The notes beneath the pieces were generated by a model. The model worked only from the letters and a program-made list of their open reading frames with translations, was not told the origin of the DNA and did not search any database. A DNA stretch of 52,774 nt, taken from a virus. Lineage: Duplodnaviria > Caudoviricetes. Positions 1 to 7,832 of the stretch are shown here, in pieces. The first letter of the stretch is position 1. Each line of letters starts with the position of its first letter. The stretch spans positions 1-52,774 of the IMG/VR virus record IMGVR_UViG_3300012942_000057; one strand, 5' to 3'. Position numbers and translations under genes: made by a program.

Positions 1-18
1 ACGGCTTCGTCGTACATC

Positions 19-216
19 TCAAGCTCCTTCCAAGAGCCGAAACGGGCTGATCCGGTCCAGCCAGTCCGGCCAAATCAATTCTAGCTTCATGAACTCTCCG
101 CCGCGCAGCAGCCACAACACGGGCGCGGCCACGAACATCACGGGGCCGAACCACAGCAGATAGACCGCCACCGAGAACGGCACGAGGTACAGGGCGAACA
201 GCATGCGTCTAAGCAT
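19..216 (-). CDS. small membrane protein, hypothetical
   Basis: ATG at 216 abuts the upstream stop; hydrophobic stretch LFALYLVPFSVAVYLLWFGPVMFVAAPVLWLL. Confidence 0.6.
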   Translation of the reverse strand: MLRRMLFALYLVPFSVAVYLLWFGPVMFVAAPVLWLLRGGEFMKLELIWPDWLDRISPFRLLEGA

Positions 217-389
217 CACGCTTCCTCCAATATGGCGAAATAGTATTGCGCCGCCCAACTGCCGTCTTTCTCGTCAGCCGCTTGCTGGCACTCCTTGGCG
301 CTGCGCATGGCCACGCCGCTCTCGACGACTCTCAACTCCGTGTTGTCCTCGGGTCCGGAGCGGAGGACGCTGTAAGTCAGTTTGCTCAC
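216..389 (-). CDS. hypothetical early protein
   Basis: GTG start overlaps the upstream TGA (GTGA) and follows GGAGG. Confidence 0.55.
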   Translation of the reverse strand: MSKLTYSVLRSGPEDNTELRVVESGVAMRSAKECQQAADEKDGSWAAQYYFAILEEA

Positions 390-610
390 CGCGACCTCCA
401 CTTTCTGATAAGGGCGTCGGCCCTTTTCTTGGAAGAGTCTATCTCCAACAAGACGTGGCCAGAACCAGTGCTGAACCCGGCGCAGGGAACTGCGACGCCC
501 AGCTCGCTGGCGGCCTTGTTGAAATTTTCGAGCAGCAAGGACTCTTCCTCCGTGTCCGCCGTTATCTTGATGCTGAATCCGTCTTCCTCGAACTCCGCCC
601 TCATTGCCAT
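386..610 (-). CDS. hypothetical early protein
   Basis: ORF packed within the leftward operon; plausible protein composition. Confidence 0.6.
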   Translation of the reverse strand: MAMRAEFEEDGFSIKITADTEEESLLLENFNKAASELGVAVPCAGFSTGSGHVLLEIDSSKKRADALIRKWRSR

Positions 611-636
611 AGTTTGCGCGCCCCTTCAGCGCGTAG

Positions 637-996
637 CTAAATTATACCCTTGGCTGATTTCAGCTCGTAGGCCACAGGCGTGCGTGACGCCAGCATCCTA
701 CGCATCATCTCTTGATGCGCGAAGGCGTGATCAGCGATCACGCACAGTATTTGATAATTAGCCGTATCATACGAGAGGTCAGCGTCGACGAACATATTGC
801 GGTATTCTCGCGCTAACTGCGCCAATATCTCCTCGTACGTTGGCCAAAGTATTGGATATACATTCACGCTCAAGATTGCTTCAAGTGGAATTGACGCGCT
901 GTACTCACGTGGCAGCGCGTCGGCCAGCAATTCTGGCGCGACGACGGACGCTCCGGCCAGCAAGGCGACGTTCTTGAACAAGTTCCTGCGGTTCAT
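637..996 (-). CDS. Tat-signal protein with a baseplate-J N-terminal-like segment
   Basis: MNRRNLFKNVALLAGASVVA twin-arginine motif; PTYEEIL...YQIL...RTP aligns with the N-terminus of the 39832 protein; GGAGG RBS. Confidence 0.7.
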   Translation of the reverse strand: MNRRNLFKNVALLAGASVVAPELLADALPREYSASIPLEAILSVNVYPILWPTYEEILAQLAREYRNMFVDADLSYDTANYQILCVIADHAFAHQEMMRRMLASRTPVAYELKSAKGII

Positions 997-1205
997 TTGC
1001 CGCCCTCCATGCACCGCTTCGTGCCGTCCATCACCATGCAGAGGAAGCTGGCGTTCTCAAACTCCCGCAGAACGCGCTCCCTTATGGGGTCTTCCGGCGA
1101 CGGGCAAAAGTACGTCAGCGCGGCGTTCAGCGCGTTCATCCTCTGCGCCTGCGCCTCGAGCTCCTCGCAGGCGTTCAAATACAGCGGATCAAGCATTTGG
1201 CTCAT
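993..1205 (-). CDS. hypothetical protein
   Basis: ATGA overlaps at both ends; GAGG RBS. Confidence 0.65.
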   Translation of the reverse strand: MSQMLDPLYLNACEELEAQAQRMNALNAALTYFCPSPEDPIRERVLREFENASFLCMVMDGTKRCMEGGK

Positions 1206-1399
1206 GCGATCCCCTCAAGCTCCGCGGCGAACTCCTCGCGGGTCATGACCTTGCAGCCGCCGATGACGTCGGCCATGCATTGGCAGGCCTCCTTCGACTC
1301 GCCGCGCCAGTGAATTCCGGCGTCGCTCAAGAACACCACCACATGGCTGTGGGTATCCGCCTCCACCTGCTTGACCAGCTCCGAAAGATCCGCCCTCAT
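1202..1399 (-). CDS. hypothetical protein
   Basis: ATG at 1399 overlaps the phosphoesterase stop (MRADLSELVKQ...). Confidence 0.6.
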   Translation of the reverse strand: MRADLSELVKQVEADTHSHVVVFLSDAGIHWRGESKEACQCMADVIGGCKVMTREEFAAELEGIA

Positions 1400-2061
1400 A
1401 ACGCGCCGTCCGGGTTGTTGGCACGAAAGGGCCGTCCCCACACCGCGTAGCCTGGGGTAGCGGGGCGCACTCGCATGAACTCCGCGACCTTCTCCAGCGA
1501 CACCGGGGCGAAGCCGTTCGCGTCCACCCCGACGTCCATCTGCCTCAGGCCGACGTTGGACAGCACGCCGTGGCTGTGGCCGAACAGCTGCCAGCTGCCC
1601 CGGTGGCACCCGTTCCACACCCTCCCGGCGTAGTGGTCCAGCACGACGAGCTGCTCGGCCTTCTTGGGGCGCGGCTCGCCAGCCTTCCAGGCCATGAGCT
1701 CGGAACTGGCAAAGCGCAGCTCCTTGCGCTCGTACACCGCGCCGAACAGCTGGCGCACCCCGTACTCCGGCTCCATGGCCTCCTCGTGGTTGCCGCGCAC
1801 GTACCAGTGCCGCCCGTTCAGCCGCTTCACGATGTCGATACACTGCCGCGTGGTCAGCGTGCGCCAAAACATGTCGCCGATGTGCCATACGTCGTCTCCG
1901 TCCTTGACGACGGCGTTGTGGGCCGCGATCAGCCCGTCGATCATATCCTTTTGGCTGCCGAACGGTCGCGGCGTTGCCGATGGCGTTCCCGTGACCCTGT
2001 CCGGCCAGCCCGTCCTCGCGTTCTCGTGCCCGTAGTGCTCGTCCGCCGTGAACCAGATCAT
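1396..2061 (-). CDS. calcineurin-like metallophosphoesterase
   Basis: Motifs WFTADEHYGH, HIGD, RGNHE, DHY, FGHSHG, DVGVD; true start MIWF at 2061. Confidence 0.9.
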   Translation of the reverse strand: MIWFTADEHYGHENARTGWPDRVTGTPSATPRPFGSQKDMIDGLIAAHNAVVKDGDDVWHIGDMFWRTLTTRQCIDIVKRLNGRHWYVRGNHEEAMEPEYGVRQLFGAVYERKELRFASSELMAWKAGEPRPKKAEQLVVLDHYAGRVWNGCHRGSWQLFGHSHGVLSNVGLRQMDVGVDANGFAPVSLEKVAEFMRVRPATPGYAVWGRPFRANNPDGAL

Positions 2062-2357
2062 GACTTCTCCTCTTCTTTCGACATCTTCTCCGCAGCCGCC
2101 CTGAACGCGGCCAGCGTCTTGCTTCCCTCGATGGGAAACCTGCTTACGTCCCGGACGCGCTTGAACAGGCCCGCGCCCCTGCGCTTGAACGGCCATGCGC
2201 CGAGCATGATGCCGTCGATGTTCAGCCAACCGTTGCGGTAAAGCGTGACGGCCACCTCGCCAACGGCGGCGTAAGAGAAGGCATGGTAGAGCGGGTGCGT
2301 CCATGCCGACTCCGGCAGTCGTTCCAAGACATCCAACACTTCGCTGTACAGGCTCAT
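2058..2357 (-). CDS. hypothetical protein
   Basis: AGGAGG RBS; coupled to the downstream gene. Confidence 0.7.
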   Translation of the reverse strand: MSLYSEVLDVLERLPESAWTHPLYHAFSYAAVGEVAVTLYRNGWLNIDGIMLGAWPFKRRGAGLFKRVRDVSRFPIEGSKTLAAFRAAAEKMSKEEEKS

Positions 2358-2366
2358 CGTGTCCTC

Positions 2367-2651
2367 CTAAGCTCTGCCAGAGCCCTCGTCAGGTCCATAG
2401 ACGACCGCCTCTCCGTCCTCCGGCACGTCCAGCGTAACCCGCACCTCCGCGCGTGCCATCAGCGCGGCATGCAGCGCCTTGTCCGCCGCCGACCCGGACA
2501 CGACGCGCAACGGCACGTCGCCGCTCATCGCCGCCGCGACGGGGTCCAGGTCGTGGACCACGCTCAGCCTGTAGCTGCACAGATTCAGCGTAGAGTCGTA
2601 TTCCCTGTCCCACATCCGCTCGACCACGAACGCCCTCGCCTCGATCCTCAT
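2367..2651 (-). CDS. hypothetical protein
   Basis: GGAGG RBS; operon packing. Confidence 0.65.
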   Translation of the reverse strand: MRIEARAFVVERMWDREYDSTLNLCSYRLSVVHDLDPVAAAMSGDVPLRVVSGSAADKALHAALMARAEVRVTLDVPEDGEAVVYGPDEGSGRA

Positions 2652-2797
2652 GCCGCCTCCGATACCATGCGCGTAATACCGCCGTCACACCACAACCACG
2701 TGTAGGCGGCCCCGGTCGCCCGCGCCATCCCGCAGGCCGCCAAGTGCCGCGCATTGGCGCGCTTCCTCCCGCCGTCGCGCCTCGGTGCGTATCTCAT
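2648..2797 (-). CDS. small hypothetical protein
   Basis: GAGGAGG RBS; ATGA overlaps. Confidence 0.5.
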   Translation of the reverse strand: MRYAPRRDGGRKRANARHLAACGMARATGAAYTWLWCDGGITRMVSEAA

Positions 2798-2952
2798 TGC
2801 ACCCTCCTCGCCTTCTCGGCGCTCTCCGTCAACAACTTGGCCAGCCGCTCCGCGTCGTCCGGAGTGAATAGGCACGTGGATTCCTCTATATTGGTCAGAT
2901 ACACCTGTCCGTTGCGCCACCCCACCACTAGCTCGCCCTTGCGCTGCTCCAT
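2794..2952 (-). CDS. small hypothetical protein
   Basis: GGAGG RBS; start abuts the sigma-factor stop (MEQRKGELVVGW...). Confidence 0.55.
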   Translation of the reverse strand: MEQRKGELVVGWRNGQVYLTNIEESTCLFTPDDAERLAKLLTESAEKARRVQ

Positions 2953-3557
2953 CACAACCCTCCATTGCTCATCTTCCGCGCGGTTCCGATCGTGCCAGAC
3001 CGCATCCAACGCCGCAGCTTGGCCAACTCCGCCGTCACCACTTGCGACACGCGCGACTCCGTGCACCCCACGCGCGCCGCGACCTCCCTCATGGGCAGCT
3101 CCTCGATGAAGTACAGCCGCATCACCTCGCGGTGCCTCTCTCGCCTGGTATCGTACGCGCCGAGCAACTCCCTCGTCTCCGCCCGCTCCAACATCTCATG
3201 GGGCGAAGCGAAACGCGACGGCACGTCGGACATCTTGCCGCCCCACTCGAATTCAGTCTCGGCCTCGTCGTCGAATTGGCAGACCACTTGCGCGGACCCG
3301 ATCTTCTTGCGCTCATTGCGCGACACGGCGTCCCGCGCGCGCAGCCAATCGATCATGGCCCCGCGGCAGCGCAGCGCCGCCCACGTCTCCATCTTGGCCC
3401 CTCGGTCGCCCTTGTAAGTCTGCACGGCCTTCACCAGACCAACGTAACCCTCCGAAACGAGCTCCTCGAGGTCGGCCTTGCCGCCGATGCGCCGCCACAG
3501 CCGCCAAGCGACGCCTTGAACCAAGGGCATCAGTGCCACAATCTCCGCGTCGTCCAC
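2952..3557 (-). CDS. RNA polymerase sigma-70 family factor, FliA/WhiG-like
   Basis: Region 2 (DLEELVSEGYVGLVKAV, RGAMIDWLR) and region 4 HTH (LPMREVAARVGCTESRVSQ); start could extend to 3614. Confidence 0.88.
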   Translation of the reverse strand: MDDAEIVALMPLVQGVAWRLWRRIGGKADLEELVSEGYVGLVKAVQTYKGDRGAKMETWAALRCRGAMIDWLRARDAVSRNERKKIGSAQVVCQFDDEAETEFEWGGKMSDVPSRFASPHEMLERAETRELLGAYDTRRERHREVMRLYFIEELPMREVAARVGCTESRVSQVVTAELAKLRRWMRSGTIGTARKMSNGGL

Positions 3558-3649
3558 GCCTCCCGCCTTTCCGCCGCATTTTGAACCGATGACGCCGAGC
3601 GCCGCCCTCCCCAATCATACGCCGCCGGGCCCGAACCGCCCGCCGGGCC

Positions 3650-5695
3650 CTACTGCGGCCTGGCCCCCTGCTCGAACCTCCGCTTGGGCGCCGAGGCGGC
3701 CCGGCGCTCCGCCTCGTACCCCCGGGCGGCCTCGGCGGACGACGCGGAAGCCCACCGCGCCGGGTTCCGCACCGCCCACAGCGCGGTCCTCACCCCGCCG
3801 ACGACGGCGTTGTTCCTGCCCCGGTCCGCCTTCGCCACGCCGGCGGCGCCGAGGGCGCGCGCCAGGCCGACCGAGCGCACCTTGTCCCTGCCGTCGGGGT
3901 CGTAGGCGCGGAGCAGGTCCTGTGTGCGCCAGAGCTCCCACGGCTGCCTGTCGGGCGGCAGCAGCGAGTCAGGGTCGGCGCGGAGCTGCACCGCCCAGTC
4001 TTCGACGTCGCCCCGTCCCGCGGCGGCCATCTCGGCGCGCGCCGACGTGCGCGGCGCCGGGCCCTGCGGGTCGAAGTCGCCCATGTCGAACCCGCGGAGG
4101 AGGTGCCAGAACAGCGCGGGCCCGCCGCCGCCTCGCCTCAGCCAGTCGTCGCACTCCTTGTACGCGGCGCGCGGCATGGGGTCGACGTCCACGTGGTGCA
4201 CGAACACGCGGCGGTCGTGGGCCTCGAGGTAGACCGCGTCCTCGTGGTTGGAGGTCATCCAATAGTTGATGCGGTCCCTCACCTGGAACGTCTTGCGGTT
4301 CTTGATGTTCATCCTGAGCGTCGTCCGCGTGACCAGGTCCTTGATGGCGTCGGCCAGCTCCCGCTTGGAGCCGACCGCGAGCTCGTCGGCCACGATGAAC
4401 TGCTTGCACTCCGCCCATTCGGTGAACGACGAGCCCAGCTGGTCCGCGTTCACCGTGCCGTAGTTCTTGCCGTAGACGTACGCCATGGTCTCGCCGAGGA
4501 ACGTCTTGCCGGTGCCCTGCTGCCGGCCCCACAGCAGCACGGCCGTCGCCAGCTTCGCCCCGGGGTTCCGCACCGGCCAGGCCAGCCAGCGCCGCAGCCA
4601 CAGGCGCTCCTCCTCGGTCGCCCCGCCCGTCACGTGCCCGAACAACCGCTCCCACGGGCCGACGTCGCCCTCCCGCGGCGCGCAGCCCCACCCGAGCGGC
4701 GCCCAGGTGTTGTACGCCCCGTCGGCCGTGAAGAATCCGGCCGCGCCGGGGTCGTACTCCAGCCTCGGCACCTCGGTCCGCAGCGGCCAAGCGAGCCACT
4801 CCTTGGCGGTGAACCTGCGGACCATGCGCCCCGGCCTGTCCTCGTCCGCGGCCATGAACGACCTCGGCTTGTACAGGACGTCGGCGAACGCGGAGGCGGA
4901 GAACACGTGCCCGCTGGCCAGCTCCACCACCTCGCCCGTGGCCCTGACCATGGCCGCCTCGGAGTTCATCCGGTGCATGTCCACCCCGGGCCCCAGCTCC
5001 TCGGCCTGGGCGACGAGCGCGCCGAACGCCTCCGGCCCCTCTTGGACGAGGAAGTCGTCGAGCCCGCGCTTCGACCCGTCCGGGGCGGGCTCGAGCCGGA
5101 CCCACCTCACGGCGGCGCCGCGACGGGCGAGGGTGGAGGCCAGCTGGCCGGCCGCGAGCCGCACCATGGGGTTGTCCGCCAGGTCGGAGTCGAAGCAGAC
5201 GTACGCCGGGCGCCCCTCCCACCTGAACGCCTCGAGCGCCGGTATCAGCTCTTGCAGCTCGCGCGCGCTGCGCCAGTTGTAGACGCCGCCGAGCCCGACC
5301 GTGGGGAAGCCCTCCGCGCAGCCCTTGGCCGCCTTCAGCTCGCCCTCGGTCAGCACCACCGGCCAGCCGGGGTCGGCCTGGATCGCGGCCCACGACGCGC
5401 CGTCCCGGAGCGTCGGCGGCAGGTACGCGCCGCACGGCGTCCCGGCCGGCTGGCCGTAGCGCCTCGGCTTGTCCGGCGCGGCCATGGACCCCCAGCCCCT
5501 GCTCGGGCGGTCCTGCAGGTAGCGGAAGCGGAAGAAGCCGTCAGGGTCGGAGCCGCCGTCCGCGGCGAAGTACGGGATCTTGAACCCCGCCCAGTCGGGC
5601 GACACCCCGAGCCCGTGGCCCTCCTCGAACGGCTCCAGCCGCAGCTTTTTCACCGCCTTCGCGTCCAGCCCGCTCGCCCGGGCCCTCTCCATCAT
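3650..5695 (-). CDS. primase-helicase (DUF3854/TOPRIM-like primase + SF3/D5-like NTPase)
   Basis: LTEGELKA, GLGGVYNW, CFDSD, GLDDFL in the primase part; Walker A GRQQGTGKT, Walker B IVADE, motif C MTSN. Confidence 0.88.
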   Translation of the reverse strand: MMERARASGLDAKAVKKLRLEPFEEGHGLGVSPDWAGFKIPYFAADGGSDPDGFFRFRYLQDRPSRGWGSMAAPDKPRRYGQPAGTPCGAYLPPTLRDGASWAAIQADPGWPVVLTEGELKAAKGCAEGFPTVGLGGVYNWRSARELQELIPALEAFRWEGRPAYVCFDSDLADNPMVRLAAGQLASTLARRGAAVRWVRLEPAPDGSKRGLDDFLVQEGPEAFGALVAQAEELGPGVDMHRMNSEAAMVRATGEVVELASGHVFSASAFADVLYKPRSFMAADEDRPGRMVRRFTAKEWLAWPLRTEVPRLEYDPGAAGFFTADGAYNTWAPLGWGCAPREGDVGPWERLFGHVTGGATEEERLWLRRWLAWPVRNPGAKLATAVLLWGRQQGTGKTFLGETMAYVYGKNYGTVNADQLGSSFTEWAECKQFIVADELAVGSKRELADAIKDLVTRTTLRMNIKNRKTFQVRDRINYWMTSNHEDAVYLEAHDRRVFVHHVDVDPMPRAAYKECDDWLRRGGGGPALFWHLLRGFDMGDFDPQGPAPRTSARAEMAAAGRGDVEDWAVQLRADPDSLLPPDRQPWELWRTQDLLRAYDPDGRDKVRSVGLARALGAAGVAKADRGRNNAVVGGVRTALWAVRNPARWASASSAEAARGYEAERRAASAPKRRFEQGARPQ

Positions 5696-6209
5696 TCCGT
5701 CCCGCGCCGTCCTTGGTGCCTTCAAGTTCGATCCTCTTCCGCAGCTCTGCAAGCCCCATGTTGATGAGCGCGTCGGCGACGCGGCTCGCGTTCGGCGGCA
5801 TCGGGCCCCTGGACGGGGGCGGGTGCGCGTCCTTCGGCGGCCTCCCCAGCCTCGGGCCGCCGAGGTTGTTCGACGACAAGCGCCGCGCCTCCGCCAGCGC
5901 GGCGTTGGCGGCGTCCATGTCGAGGCGCTCCAGCGCCCTGGTCAGCAGGCGCCACGCCGGCTCCGGCGGCAGGGCGTGGCTTCCGATGCGCCGCGGCCCC
6001 GGCGTCTTGGCCGGAAGGCCGGCGAAGGTGTAGAGCGCCGCGTAGTCGGCCTTGGAGAGGCCCTTGTCGTCGCGGTCGGGCGCGGGGTCCTCGCGCGCGC
6101 TATCTATGGACGGCGGGAACAAAACTCCCAGCCCGGGGTATCCAAGGCCAGCGTCGACGATGGCGTCCAAGGCGGCCGAGGTCGCGGAATCGAGCGTAAA
6201 GGCGCGCAT
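5541..6209 (-). CDS. hypothetical protein, possible split ribbon-helix-helix regulator
   Basis: First gene left of the AT-rich region; RAFTLDSATSAALDAIV and NASRVADALINMGL resemble RHH elements; long overlap with the primase. Confidence 0.5.
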   Translation of the reverse strand: MRAFTLDSATSAALDAIVDAGLGYPGLGVLFPPSIDSAREDPAPDRDDKGLSKADYAALYTFAGLPAKTPGPRRIGSHALPPEPAWRLLTRALERLDMDAANAALAEARRLSSNNLGGPRLGRPPKDAHPPPSRGPMPPNASRVADALINMGLAELRKRIELEGTKDGAGRNDGEGPGERAGREGGEKAAAGAVRGGPRARGVARLGGVQDPVLRRGRRLRP

Positions 6210-6303
6210 GAAGCGTCCCAAATGAAACCTCCAAAACATATAGCGATAGGAGATAATCATATCGCAATGAGGCCTCCGAAACGCCCCGAAGAGCGTGAAA
6301 AGC

Positions 6304-6609
6304 CTAAGTCGTTGAAAAATAAGGAACTAGCCTGTTTCCAATGGAATCAACGACTTGCAGTCTACGAGTTTTTCAGGTCGTTGAAAACAAACCGACTACT
6401 ATTACTCATCGAAAAACGGCCAAACTCATATCTATTACCTATTAATTACTCAATATATATTACAGCATATATTAAATACATTTATAAAATAATTTCATAA
6501 ATAACTAACAGTAGTCAAGTAAATGTTGCGAACAAAGGACTTAGCGCAACTATATGCCTGCTAGATTACTGTACTTAGGTTAGTTATTCCTTTGTTTTCA
6601 ATAGCTTGG
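6304..6609. repeat. AT-rich putative replication origin flanked by five imperfect ~24-bp repeats (consensus AAGTCGTTGAAAACAAAGGA)
   Basis: Copies near 6304(+), 6335(-), 6374(+), 6520(+), 6584(-) around a very AT-rich core (~6420-6520), at the strand switch and near the primase. Confidence 0.65.
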
Positions 6610-6669
6610 ACCGAAAACCGCTCCGCGGCGGGAATTTTCCTCCACAAGGCGCGCGGAAACCTCCCGGCC

Positions 6670-6679
6670 GCGGTATGAT
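6670..6679 (+). promoter_or_regulatory. putative rightward -10 element GCGGTATGAT
   Basis: Near-identical to GCGGTATAAT at 7256; lies at the start of the rightward arm. Confidence 0.4.
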
Positions 6680-6776
6680 TGCGAAAGTATACGTTCACGG
6701 GTTGTAAGACCGCAAAGAAGATTCACAGCGCGACGGACCTAAGCTCTGACCGGCCAGGTCCGCTTGAAACCCTCCG

Positions 6777-7109
6777 GTGGTGGAACCGGATCGAACGGTC
6801 AGGGGCACGCCGGAGTTTTCCCACTTGAACATTTGCGTACTATCCCCAGAAGAGGCCGGGCGCCTGGAGCATTACGGCGTTTGGCCGTCCTGCAAGGCCC
6901 ACCGGCACATGAAGAAGACGGAGGCCGCCGAGGCAGTGTCGAAGGCCGAAACCCACAGGTTCGTGGGCGGCCCGGACACCGCCGTCGGCTTCGTCAGCGC
7001 CATAACGCCGGCCTCCGAGTCCAGGTTGTGGGAGCCGGTCGCCTGCCACGACATGAACGGCAGGGCGCTCCAAGGTTTCCGCACTTGGGGCAAGGCGCCG
7101 CAGCGGTGA
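6777..7109 (+). CDS. hypothetical protein
   Basis: First rightward ORF; GC3-rich codons; start uncertain. Confidence 0.6.
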   Translation: MVEPDRTVRGTPEFSHLNICVLSPEEAGRLEHYGVWPSCKAHRHMKKTEAAEAVSKAETHRFVGGPDTAVGFVSAITPASESRLWEPVACHDMNGRALQGFRTWGKAPQR

Positions 7110-7264
7110 GGGCCGGGACGCGCGTGAGGTTCTCCGCCGACTCCGGCAACGACGCCAGGCCGACGCACATCGTCGCCGGCACGGAGCGCCGCAACGGCCT
7201 TACGTTCTACAGGCTGGTCGGGATCGACGGATTGTTCCTCGCCCGCCACCTCGAGGCGGTATAA
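7106..7264 (+). CDS. small hypothetical protein
   Basis: GTG overlaps the upstream TGA; VRAGTRVRF...LFLARHLEAV. Confidence 0.5.
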   Translation: MRAGTRVRFSADSGNDARPTHIVAGTERRNGLTFYRLVGIDGLFLARHLEAV

Positions 7265-7265
7265 T
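7256..7265 (+). promoter_or_regulatory. putative -10 element (TATAAT 7260-7265)
   Basis: Perfect TATAAT 7 nt before the 5' end of a long RNA stem; no clear -35. Confidence 0.5.
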
Positions 7266-7271
7266 AACGAC

Positions 7272-7398
7272 AGGGCGCTCGCGGACGCGAGAGTCGTTGG
7301 CTGGTCCGCTCCGGTGTCACAACCTGTAGAGTGGTGTCCTAGATACCATATCGCTTGCTGCAGCAGTCGTTCTTTGAGGCGACATCTGCAAGCGCCCT
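7272..7398 (+). ncRNA. candidate structured ncRNA (~127 nt) closed by a long terminal stem
   Basis: AGGGCGCT(7272)/AGCGCCCT(7391) plus GCGGA/TCTGC pairing; no ORF. Confidence 0.5.
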
Positions 7399-7411
7399 AA
7401 AATTTGGCATT

Positions 7412-7592
7412 GCCCCGCCTGGAATCATGCGGGGCTGAGAACCAGGGCAGCCCGACGGCTCCCTGGAACTATGCGGGATGCACGTGACCGAGCTTCAGTG
7501 GAACGGTCCAGCCGCATCAGTATTGACGTTTGGGCAGCAGGTATGTGCACACCACGCTGATCACGGCGCTGGAAACGACCAGCGCGCTGCCC
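7412..7592 (+). ncRNA. candidate structured RNAs (several hairpins and a multi-stem element)
   Basis: Stems 7412/7435, 7442/7466, 7471/7517 and GGGCAGC/GCTGCCC 7532/7592. Confidence 0.4.
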
Positions 7593-7602
7593 TTACATGA
7601 AT

Positions 7603-7679
7603 CGGTGATTGGCGCAGTCTGGTAGCGCATCGCGTTTGGGACGCGAGGGTCGGAGGTTCGAATCCTTCATCACCGACCA
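7603..7679 (+). tRNA. tRNA-Pro (TGG)
   Basis: Acceptor CGGTGAT/ATCACCG, D arm GCGC/GCGC, anticodon loop TTTGGGA, T loop TTCGAAT, encoded CCA. Confidence 0.97.
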
Positions 7680-7832
7680 ATTTTGAATTCGTACGTGACG
7701 ACGAGCGGGCTTCCATTACACCCAATCCTTTGTGGAGCGAAACGCGAACAGTCACGGGCGCCGCAGCGACTCCCTTCAAGTCCGCGGCGCCTTTACCCAT
7801 TCAAGCAGCAATCCACAAGGAGACCCAACCGC

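Noticed and set aside
3589-5764. Long overlapping or antisense ORFs (e.g. 4103-5764+, 3969-5435-) and similar shadows elsewhere
   Set aside because: Arg/Pro/Gly-rich shadows of high-GC3 genes, with no recognisable motifs or RBS
6304-6609. Repeats as a CRISPR mini-array
   Set aside because: Copies are degenerate, in mixed orientation and irregularly spaced; no cas genes
7299-7368. GGCTGGTCCG matches the 5' end of vertebrate Y RNAs
   Set aside because: The complementary (U/C)UGAC strand needed for the Ro-binding helix is missing, and no Ro60/Rsr gene is in the window
7435-7750. CTGA.../GAAA words suggesting hammerhead or tRNA-linked ribozymes
   Set aside because: No CUGANGA core correctly placed around stem II, and no HDV-like nested pseudoknot was evident
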